Shown here: positions 54,001-64,000 of the stretch, one piece after another
Numbering within the stretch: the stretch's first letter is position 1
How the letters are laid out: each line of letters begins with the position of its first letter
Source: Takakia lepidozioides
Taxonomy: Eukaryota > Plantae > Bryophyta
Assembly (NCBI GenBank): GCA_030704615.1
Contig: CM060734.1
Coordinates: 43,648,001 to 43,712,000 of the forward strand
DNA length: 64,000 nucleotides
Direction: 5' to 3'
Made by a program: the position numbers and the translations under genes
The notes under the pieces: model-generated
What the model was told of the DNA's origin: nothing
The model's database searches: none
What the model saw: only the letters and a program-made list of their open reading frames with translations

Positions 54001-54025
54001 GGTGTGTGATCGATGCTCTTTGTGT
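48005..54025 (+). pseudogene. C polyprotein (inverted block): CCHC knuckle, PR, DNMT, RT, RH, INT, N-terminal half of PHD
   Basis: CGHCGKYGHGDAQC; LLDSGA; YIDD; LHTDWS; HEELGH..CMVC; WSLDFAGP, TDQG, LAER; CMLC..CDRC. Stops are mostly TAG/TGA at expected Trp/Gln/Arg codons. Confidence 0.93.
49724..50680 (+). pseudogene. DNMT3-like C5 cytosine methyltransferase domain
   Basis: Motifs in canonical order: I LLDLSGGISTG, IV AGWPCQG, VI ILENV, VIII HRPRLW*TNL, IX ERERAMGF, X RRQVLGQA. Confidence 0.92.
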
Positions 54026-56586
54026 AGCTCCTGCTCCTCTGCTCCAGTACACCACAACCTTGTGGCTGAACACCTTGGTCCCCGGGGCTGTCTTTGGCTG
54101 TGTTCCAAGCCTAGCTTTCACCCACTTTGGTATTTCACTTACAGCTGCAGAACTGCTGGCTCCAACAGAGTTCTGACTGTCCAAAGCGATATTGAGGCCC
54201 TCAACGCCAACTACAGCAGTCTGTTGTCTACTGCTAATGCCTGACTCCCAGTATGCAATCAACTCATCCAACTGTTCTCCACTCAAATCAGTCTGAGTTC
54301 CTTGGGAAACATAAATCCTGTCCCCTTGTGTGCACAGGCTAAGAGAAGAGACCTGCCCTTCAATTACGTCCTCATTTCCCCCAGCCATACAAGGAGTACA
54401 TCCCCAGATTTATCTCTCATGTAGACCAGAACAGGTTCTAGAAACATGATTGTGGATCTTTCATGGCACACTCACTCTCTAAAAATTCCATAGATTTTTA
54501 GCAGAGTCCCAAAAACAAAAACCAGGTCTAGCTAGGTAGATATCCCCTTTCTGCAGCTATCCCCTCAAAAACTGGGTCAAACGGAGCTCATTTGACAAAG
54601 ATATGACCAACCAGGCTCTTTAAACATAACACATGTTTTTTTTTTTTAACAAGACAAAACAAATACAAGGGAAAACTTTTTTTTTTTTTTTTTTTTTTCA
54701 ATACTTGTCTTGGTTCCCTGTTCCCTGGTTCCCTAAGAATTCCTTAGATTCTTAACTCAATCTCTCCACAGTGGAATTACCATGATAAAGGTAATGTCCT
54801 CATTGGTATGCCAGATTTTCAGAACGAGAACACCTTGTTGAAGCTGCTGCTATCAATGCCATCTTATCGTTGTTGTATGAGAGCCCATGTCTACTGCCCT
54901 GTCAGAGTGACCACAACCAGGATGGCTTTCCGCAACCATTCATGTACTGGGCAAATACATATTAACCACAGCAATAAGACCATCACGTTCAATTTGTGAT
55001 TTCCAAGGTGGTGCTAATACCTTCATCGACCATTGGCATATACCCCAAGAGCAGCCTGAAGATCGCCATAGCAGAGAGGGTTACAGTATACGCTGGTGCT
55101 GTAAACGCTCAAGCTCTCCAGGACCTCAAACACCATTCTAAACTGGCTTAGGGTGGTTATTACATCCCCATGACCAGGGACATGCACAGAACCAAGGCGA
55201 TGGGATGAAGCTGCCCCATCTTGAGAACTGATAGCGGGCTTCCAACTGAACGCAAAATCAAAAGGGAGAAGCTCGGCCTGGTGTACCACTTCAAGGACCA
55301 AGTGATATAATTGGACCTGCACCTGCTGGTGGCCGAAATGCCAAATGTACTACAATGTTTTTTTCCTTTTTGTCTCACAATTTCTAACTGCAACTCCGGA
55401 TCAAAGCACCGCTGGTCATGTATGTAGAGCCTCACCTGGTCTTCCTTCACTAGGCTGCAATGTTAATATATGAGATCACCCCGTCTCACAAACATTAATG
55501 CCGCCACTGTCACCTAGACCTGATGCAAGACCTGATCGCAAAGCAGGCTACGCGGCTGGTCCTTCCCTGTGTACATCTATCTCAAGTCACACACGCCGCA
55601 TCTCATGCTTCTACTGCTGATCAGCTTTTCCTTGCTGGACAGCAGCTTACGCACTTGCTAGAAAATCTAGCCTGACCCTGTCCATCCATTTGCTAAGATA
55701 AGAAAGCTTGCTTCCTCGCAATGTGCAGCTAGACAACCTCACATCAACCAGCCCACAACTACTCCTTCATAGTGGCTGGCTATAGTCCAATTTGACAGTG
55801 TACTTGAAAAACGGGATGTGTTTCTTGTCTTTCCACACCCACTCCCCGGAATCAAACTGGCGAAGGTAACTGGTGCCTGAAGGAACCAATGCAGGAAGGG
55901 GGTTGGTTGTAGGCCGTTCACGAGAGAAGGGTTCACCTGGCCTGTTGCTAGCAGAAAACCCTGATAGCATAGTATGGATTTTCCGGAATGTCAGCAAAGA
56001 TTGGCCCGAAAAGGGAACCTGAGGGCCTGACCTTGAACTTCCAACCCTGCAGCAAATGGCCATTGCGAGAGACAGCAAACAATGCAGACTTGTTGCCCTG
56101 CAAATCGGAACTAACCCAAGCCGGGAGAGACCTAATATTTCATGGAAAGGAAGCTAGTCCCACTCATGCTGGCGGAATATCGCTGGTCACCAAATCCCAG
56201 CCAGCGCTTTACCTTCGGTGGAACAATCCAACTCACAAAGAATAGGCAGAGCAGAGGAGAGGAGAGGCTAGAGCAGAGGCTGATAGGTGGCAGACCTCCT
56301 AGCTCTCCAGCAGCCCGCCGTAGGTTGAACCTTCCACCCTGAGCCTAGCATGCTTGAAGAAGGGCGGGAATCTTCCAGCTCACTCCTTCTTCCTAGCCTC
56401 TACCAGCACCAGCGCAGGTATAAAACGGCTGTTAAGTAATGCTCAGCAGCCACCTGCAGTTGAGATAACATCAACTGTACCTTCTCCAATTGGGTTTACC
56501 AGCAACCTCATTTCCATTCGGCTGTGGCTCGACCTATTGTCGACTGCGAAAGACCATCGGATGCGCTGTAACACTACATCCCGAGC

Positions 56587-56700
56587 TTAGTCGAAAAGAC
56601 TGAAACCCATGTCATCATCAGACTCCTCCTTTGCTTCCTGCTTTTCTCCGGCAGGTGCAGCAGCAGCACCTCCACCAGAGGAAGCCACCACAACCAGGGA
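56587..56700 (-). pseudogene. Captured C-terminus of a 60S acidic ribosomal P protein (P1/P2 type)
   Basis: Translates SSGGGAAAAPAGEKQEAKEESDDDMGFSLFD*; not in the ORF track because it has no start codon. Confidence 0.85.
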
Positions 56701-57006
56701 TGACGCCACCCCAAACTGTTTGCACTTCGTGATCCAGCCACTCCCGACTGTTTTGGGTCCGAATCCAAAAGTTTACACGAGTCTCGTCTCCCTCCGTCCT
56801 AGTGAAAGAGAGTAGGGAAGCCAACTATCAAAGTCTTCAACCCCCACACCTCTTGGTTTTCAAACTCACGAGCAGAGACGACAACTAAATCTGCGCACAC
56901 AGCCCATGGAAACAGCAGGGCCAGATGGACTCCCGCCCCAAGATATATATTATAATAATGCTAAAACAAACATTGTATCTAGCTTAGCACCAGCACACTA
57001 GATAAC

Positions 57007-57022
57007 GCTCATCTCTCTCGAG
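57007..57022 (-). other. Self-priming PBS of C
   Basis: CTCGAGAGAGATGAGC is complementary to LTR 57217-57232; no TGG tRNA signature. Confidence 0.75.
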
Positions 57023-57382
57023 TGATAAACAAGCTAAAAAAAGGGACACACACTCTCAACACAAGAAATATGAAATCCATCGCTATCACTCTTTAAAATA
57101 GAAGTCGAGCCAGGGGCACCCCACGCTATGGGGACTCCACCCCACAACAACCTACACTCCCATCATAAGTACACTCAGATCTAAACGCATGAAGGAGCTC
57201 GGTCGCGCAGGCTCAACTCGAGAGAGATGAGCTGCGCGACTGCCGCTCTCGTGAAGATAAGACGGTTCAGGTGTCAAACTAAACTTGACACCTGATTTAA
57301 CACTTGACCTAAATCCAAGTGTTAAATACAAATAACTAGCTTTATTCTAGTTGTTTTCACACTGTGCTTATTTAACTTGACA
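57023..57382 (-). repeat. C repeat A, terminal copy (360 bp; 5' LTR lacking its first 87 bp)
   Basis: About 4 differences from 12039-12136 plus 47313-47574. Confidence 0.95.
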
Positions 57383-57386
57383 GAGG

Positions 57387-57705
57387 ACTCAATAGAAACT
57401 CAATGGATAGAAATGCAATCTTTATATATGGTAGAACAAGAACACAAGATGCTGGACTGGAACTAGAGAATACCTCAAGATTGTCTTGGCGAGACTGAGG
57501 GGTCCTATGTTTCGCCTCCTACTTATACTCCATACTCTAGTTCTCTAAAGGTCATTCCGGAGAAGCTTCCTTGGTGCTAAGGAAGTTTCTCGAGAAGTTT
57601 CCTAACCACTTACAGACAAAGCTTCTTAAGAAGTTTCTTTATTTTGCAGAAAGTTTCTTGGGGAATTTCCTAGTTAGCTTAGGGATCTTTTAGAAATGTC
57701 TAGAA
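57387..57705 (-). repeat. E 5' LTR remainder, truncated at the LINE
   Basis: Matches 7978-8296. Confidence 0.9.
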
Positions 57706-60500
57706 AGTGTGGCCCTTCATCAAGAGGTCTAGCATTGCTTTCGCATTCAGCGTGGTATCTCCTTCTGTTGTTTGCCTAGTGGCGCTTGGTTTTGCCACCA
57801 CGTGGTGGTGAGGTTGGTCATAGAGAGACTCGAATCCGGCCCTGACGCTTTCTCGCGGGAGATTGGGAGAATCTTCAAGAAGAGCATTAGCTCCGAGAAC
57901 AAGCCCTGGGAGCACGTGCTCCTACTGACACTTCTTCACAACCAGGCCCTTCTGCTCACAGACGCCTTCGGCACAGCCTCATGTTGGGACAGGTGGGTGA
58001 GTATTCCCGTGCAGCTTGCGCTCTATCACCATTTGCCTGGGCCACCTTCTATGGACAATATTGCCGCTCTGCAGGCTCTCCATCCTGAGGCAGACAACAT
58101 CCTTCCAGCTTTTGTCGATGACTTCGAGCCGGATCAGGTCCTTTAGCCGGATCTCTCTCTGTTCACCAAGGCCTTCATCCGCAGTCCGCACCTTTCCGCA
58201 CCAAGACCATCTGGTATATTATACGAACATTTGCGCGATTGTTTTTCTCCACAAGACTCTGCTAGTGGCTTCTCTCAACTATTTCAAGTTTGTTCCTTCA
58301 TTGCCGCTGGCCGCATCCCTTCTCCAGTGGCACGTATTCTCGGAGCCTCCCGACTACTAGCCATGACCAAACACTCTGGAAATGACATCTGTCCCAAATT
58401 GCCATCGGGGAAGTTTTGTATCGTCTTGTCAGCCGTCCCCTTATCATGCAGTACCGTGATGCATTCTCTGCCCACCTCTTCCCACATCAGTTTGGCGTTG
58501 CCACTCCAGGCGGTTGTGAGGCTGTGGTACATGGGATTCGGGCTATTCTTGACCTTCACCCGGACTCGGTTGTGTATCAAATCGATGTAGCAAACGCTTT
58601 CAACTACGTCTCCCGCAACGTCATCTTCCAAGAACTTGGCTCAGCTGGAGGAGATTTTCATCAATTCATCCCTTTTGTCAGATTGTTCTATGGTTCTGTA
58701 GCCCCCATTTTCTATAGTCACCATTCTTGTATAGGTGACTACACTGTCATCCGGTCTGAGGTTGGCACCCGACATGGCGATCCTTTAGGGGGACCTTTGT
58801 TTGCCATGGCACATCTGCGCACCCTTATGTCATCTGTAGCAGCATTCCCAACGTGCCAGTTCCCCTCAGTTGCTAATGCCACTCACATCATTGGCCCATC
58901 CTTTGAGGTGCTTCCTGCATACAACCACTTTGCCGCTCAGTTTCAGGGTGTGGGGCTATTAGTTCAACCTCGCAAGTATATTGCATGGTCTCCAGTCGGC
59001 TTGCCCCCAGACTTTGTACCTCCTGTACAATTCATCACACCGTCTGACGACATTCACGTCCTGGGCGTCCCCCTTGGTACCACCTCTTTCACTTTCTCTT
59101 TCTTGGAAAATGCCCTTAATCAAGATGTCATTCATTCCGACCTCCTTCCTCGCCTCGGGGACCTACAAGTAGCGTATGGCATCCTAACAAAATGTTTTAT
59201 CCAGCGGCCATCCTATCTTCTCATGACTTTCCTGCCTACCCCTGAGTTTTTGCTGTTATTGTCCGGGTTTGATGCTACCATCACGAATGTCTTTGGTCGT
59301 CTTTTGGGACCGGGGGTTTTAAATGGATCCGAGGGGGCTCTAGCGCGCCAATAGGCTGTTCTTCCCATCTCTTTTGGAGGTGCAGGCTTGCTCTCCACAG
59401 TTAGCACTTCCCCCTCTACGTTCTAGGGCAGCTGGGCTTTGATTGCCCCTGCCCTTGCATCCCGCTTTTTGTGCAGTCAACGACCCCTGCTCATGGACCC
59501 CATTGCTCATGTCGACATTGACATCTTCCATTTCCAACAACATCTTCGCTCTGCACAAGATCTTCTTCCAACACCAGCACGAGCGCATCTTCCTTCGTTC
59601 GAGCAGTTGCTTGCCCAAGGCATCGATCACCTACGGGAGACTCTCATGGACCGTGTGCACCGATACTCCTTCTCCGACATGCTTTCCAGTAGCTCTTCTT
59701 CTGATATGCATCGTGCCAGGCTTCTATCTTGTGTAGGGCCAGGTGTAGGCGCATGGCTGACAGCCCGACCCACCATCACCCCTTTTCGCTTGTTATCACC
59801 CATTTTTGCCACGGCTCTTCGTTTGCGACTTGAGCTACCGCATCCTTCTGTGTTAGGTCTGCGACATTGTGTTTGCCACCAGCCTATCGACGCACTTGCT
59901 GTCCACCTCCTTCGATGTCCATGTGGGGGAGATCGCACCGCCACCCATGACGTCGTCCGAGACGCTGTCGCATCGATTACGCGAGAGGCTGGTTTCCATG
60001 TCCCGCGAGAGCAATCTCATGTCTTCCCTTCTCATACTCTTCAGTCCACACGACGACGCGTCGACATCATCCTGCCTAAAGATGGTCTTCACACCCTAGC
60101 CGACGTTGTCATTGCCGACCCTACCCGATCCGACCTACTTCCACGTTCGACATCCTCTTAGGGCTCCGCGGCTTCGGTTGTTGCTTAAGTCAAGGAACGT
60201 GACTATCAGGACAGACATCCCACAAACACTTTCATTCCCTTGGCTGTAGAGAGATATTCGGCTGTCTCCATCGCCAGTTTGACGACCTACTCCGTTCATG
60301 TGCCCATGAAGCGGCCCAAAACAAGACCACGGGCCCTTATGCCTCCGTTCTTGTGGCCTTTTACAGACAAAAAGTGACCGTTACATAGAGCTCAAGCAAT
60401 GGCCATTTTACATCGGGCGGACGTAGATGGATCGGCTTCATCCCACCTCCCAACTCTCTCAGACGTTACATCCATGTTGCCCTCCGACCTACTTCAAGTA
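57706..60500 (+). mobile_element. CRE-like non-LTR retrotransposon (RT plus restriction-like endonuclease), degenerate and 5'-truncated
   Basis: HQFGVATPGGCE, IDVANAFN, GTRHGDPLG; C-terminal CVC..H..RC, THD, RRVDI..ADV RLE motifs; RT DD motif eroded. Confidence 0.8.
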
Positions 60501-61116
60501 GTAGGTTGGGATGAATGAGAAGTTTGAATAGTTTAGTTTAGCTTGCTTCCCTTTCCTCCCTTCTTTGTTCTTTCCCAGGTTTTGGGGTTTTTCTATCATA
60601 TGTTCAAGTACCTCATGTTTCCTGTAAATAAAGCTGTACAGGTTTTCATCACATTTAAGACTAAAAAGCATCCACCTTCCTGTTATAAGAGGTAAAAATT
60701 AAAAAAGAGTTGGACTAACTTTTTTAAAAAAAAAGAAAAGAAAAAAAAGCCTCCCTTGTGTTCTGGAGGGGTCGGCATGGGCGATGATAAGACCACTATT
60801 GCTTGGTAAAAACTAAAAACATGAAGAAGAGCACACCCAAATTTCAAGCAGGCAGCTTGTTAGGACACCATGGCTGGCAGGCGCATACCCTCGGCTATTC
60901 TCGAATCACGTCCACAATCTCGCCCACTGGTATGCCCGTATAATCTGTCGTTCTTCGTTGCAACCGATGGAGTCTGCTCCTGCTTTGCTGTTTGTAGCTC
61001 TTTCTTGGAGGTCATACTGTAACCCACTCGGCAAACAAATTCGAAAATTCAACAAGGAGCTAATTTGCTCCTGACTTTTCCTATCTCTCTGCAGAGATTA
61101 GTGCCACTGCCTGAAA

Positions 61117-62983
61117 ATGGGAAATGAACATGTAACAATCCGGCATGGAGTGGCGTTGGATGGTTGTGCAGCATCTTGTGGGGATGTAAGGACACTATGC
61201 AAGGAGGGAAGACTGAAGGAGGCACTGCACATTTGGCGAAAGGAAATGTTCGGGCAGACTCCGATACTTATGTCTGTCTCTTGCAGGGGTGCATCAAATT
61301 GAAAGCACTGGCAGGCCACATGAACTATACTGACTTCAAGCAAAACGTCTTTGTAGGGATCACCCTTGTCAACATGTAGGGCAAGTGTGGGAGCATGGTG
61401 CATGCACAAGAGGTCTTTGATGAAATACCTCAACTAGATATATACACCTGGAGTACAATGATGGCAGGATATGCCAAGCATGGGCATGCCTCACAGGCTT
61501 TCAGAATATACGAGGAAATGTGTCGGGAAGGGGTAATGCCCGACAGGGTAATGTACACAACTGTTCTCAATATGTGTGTGCCTTGAATCATGTCCATACT
61601 GACATGATTGAAAAGGAATTGAATCAGACATTATTTTGGAGAATGTCCTTGTTCACCTGTATGCCAAATGCAGGAGCGTAAAGGATGCTAGCAAAGTGTT
61701 TGACACCATGGAATACGATGATTGCAGAGTATGCTCAGTGTGGGCATGGTGAAGAGGCTTTCAAAGTTTATGAACAAATGCAACAGGAAGGAGTGCGGCC
61801 TGACAGGGTCACACTCATTTGTATTCTCAATGCGTGTGCAAGTTTAGGAGCCCTTGTTAATGGTAAGCAGGTACATGCTGACATTATCAGAATTGGAATT
61901 GTGTCAGACATTACTTGGAAACAACCCTTGTTTTCATGTATGCCAAATGTGGGAGCATTAAGGATGCGTGTCAAGTGTTCGAAAAAATGGCTAATTTAGA
62001 GAATACCCTCATTGATACATATGCCAAACGTGGAAGTGTAAAGGGTGCCCATCAAGTGTTCGACAAAATGGGTAAACGAGATGTGGTATCATGGAGTGCG
62101 ATGATTGCAGGACATGCCCAGAATGGATGTGGTAGGGAGGCCTCCAACTATTTAATCAGATGCAACAGAAAGGAGTGATGCCAAACGCTGTCACCTTCAA
62201 TTCTGTTCTCTCTGCATGCAGCCATGTGGGTCTAGTGCATCACTACTTTGATTCCATGAGTCAAGATCATGGCCTCACACCTATGTTGGAGCATTTTGGC
62301 TGCATGGTGGACCTTCTTGGCCGTGCAGGTCGATTGGATGAGGCACAGGACTTCATTAACAAAATGCCCATTGAACCAGATGCTTTGGTCTGGGGGTCCT
62401 TGCTTGGTGCCTGCAGAATTCATGGCAATGTAGAGGTAGCAGAATGTGCCGTAAAATCCATTCTCAAGTGGAATCCACAGGACCCTGCAGCTTATGTGCT
62501 GTTATCAAACATTTACGCTGCGGCTGGGAGGTGGGACGACAAATCAAAGGTCAGAAGAATGATGGAGGAGAGAGGTGTGAGAAAAGAGCCAGGGCACAGC
62601 TGCATTGAGGTCTATGATCAGGTTCACGCATTTCTTTTGGAGGACATCTCCCATCCACAAATTGAGGGGATCCATGCGTAGCTGAAGAGATTGTCTGGCT
62701 GGATGATGGAGGCTGGGTATGTGCCTGACACGCGCTTTGTATGGCATGATGTGGAGGAGGAGCAGAAGGAATTTTCTCTTTGCCACCACTGAGAATTGCT
62801 TTCGGGCTGATCAGCACGCCCCCAGGAATGCCTATCCGTGTAATTAAGAACCTTCGAGTGTGCGGTGACTGCCACAATGCCACCAAGTTCATCTCAAAGA
62901 TTGTTGGACGAGCAGTTGTGTTACGGGATTCCAACCGCTTTCACCACTTCCAAGAAGTTTGTTCTTGTGGAGACTACTGGTGA
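61117..62983 (+). pseudogene. PLS-class PPR protein with E/E+ and DYW domains (organellar RNA-editing factor type), disrupted
   Basis: PPR repeats, WGSLLGAC, YVLLSNIYA, KEPG box, [17 protein letters not shown]; in-frame stops (61378, 62679), frameshifts, HSE motif damaged by a deletion. Confidence 0.9.
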
Positions 62984-64000
62984 CACAAGCAACATGAGAT
63001 ATTGAAAGTGCGGCGTTTCAAATGTGAGGGCAATTCCTTCTAATCTTTGAAGGAGAATGCAACGGGTTCTGAAGGTACTGGGATTGCTTGATGTAGCTCC
63101 AACCCTTCAAAAGAGATTTTGTATATGGTTATGCAAGCTACCATTCAACCTGGTTTTGAAGTGCTCGGCACATTGATAATGGTGCCATTTAAATAATATG
63201 GAAGGTTAACCACCCAGCCATGAAGAAGATTGGGTTTGTTAATTGTCATTATGAGCCACTTTAGTTGGATCCAGTATCTGCAAACATGTCCCACAAATGT
63301 GGGTACGTTTTTCAGTCTCAGGTTGTGAGTTACTTCAGCTGATGTTCAATGGATCTCAGATCACTTTTTTTCTTTTATTTGTTCACCCAGGGGTCACTAT
63401 ATCCGTCTCTCATCTCAATGAGGTCATTTAAATCAATAGTGAGCTTTAAGGCCACATGTGGGAGTCTGTCATATCATTTAGCCATGGTGACATCATGGAT
63501 TTTCAGCAATGAACATGTTGCCTCACTGATGCCCTGACTTGAGCAATTGGGAGCTCCGCAACCTGTCAGGTTTGCGATCCCAAAAATAGCTTGCCATCAC
63601 TGGTGGAGAACTCTGAAAGAAACATAGTTTAGAAGTGTCTTGTTGACCGAAAGTCAGCAAGCCCGTGGATGTTTAAAGAGTAATGTTGAAGTTATGGGAG
63701 GTTGACAATGTAGAGCTCGTAGACAACTGTTTGCTCGGAGTCGAAAGGAAGATGACAACAATCCTTCCCTTTTAGCCTTTTAGGAGAATCACTGAACCTC
63801 GTGCTATCTGCCATAGTTGACCTTGGAAATTGATTGAGTGCACTTACAACTCGCTACCCTGATTTTGCTTGCCGTAGCCTGCATAGGATGTACTCATAAG
63901 ACATTGTTTGCCGTAGCCTTGTGGCTGTAGACCCCACGCCCAGTTTGGGCGGAACAAAGGAACTACCTTTGTGAGGGGCTCACTCCAGTAGTGTGACTTA

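Larger units (their letters stand above)
11953..57382 (-). mobile_element. Ty3/Gypsy element C carrying a DNMT3-like MTase and PHD finger, with split (permuted) LTRs
   Basis: TG..CA termini, GAGG duplicated (11949-11952 and 57383-57386; empty site at 7974-7977), PBS at 57007-57022, PPT near 47662-47673, gag knuckle-PR-DNMT-RT-RH-INT-PHD. Confidence 0.88.
7926..57705 (-). mobile_element. Chromovirus-type Ty3/Gypsy element E (Tcn1/Tf1-like), outermost member of the nest
   Basis: 3' LTR 7926-8371, PPT, chromo-INT-RH-RT on minus, 5' LTR split into 11901-11952 and 57387-57705. Confidence 0.9.

Noticed and set aside
54636-54698. Poly(T) tracts as the tail of a LINE or retrocopy
   Set aside because: No TSD or recognisable body was found
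11953-57382. DIRS/Ngaro tyrosine-recombinase element
   Set aside because: The repeat layout fits, but the element has a DDE integrase, protease, PPT, TG..CA ends and a TSD; no recombinase was recognised

Overview
Eukaryotic, transposon-dense plant DNA. A PLS-DYW PPR gene, a chromodomain Gypsy and a CRE-type LINE point to a non-seed land plant, probably a bryophyte (inference). About 50 kb (7926-57705) is one nest of Ty3/Gypsy elements. Chromovirus E (minus strand) contains element C (11953-57382, TSD GAGG), which contains B1 (12137-47307, TSD GCACC), which contains A2 (22122-44658, TSD CTAYAG). A2 in turn contains the truncated B2 (about 24252-33165) and a 7.6-kb unclassified segment with about 45 phased palindromes. 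Flanking the nest are a truncated Gypsy (A1), a hAT-like end, an F-box/kelch fragment, a CRE-like LINE and a PPR-DYW pseudogene. Element C is the most striking. Its polyprotein carries a DNMT3-like cytosine methyltransferase between protease and RT, plus a C-terminal PHD finger split by a 6-kb inversion. It has a Tf1-like self-priming PBS, and its LTRs are arranged as split direct repeats (A-internal-B-A-B). That is the layout expected if a 2-LTR circle was opened at an internal palindrome (GACA-GC-TGTC) and integrated. Family A shows a possibly related terminal anomaly. All calls were made by eye, and many 1-bp indels may be assembly errors.
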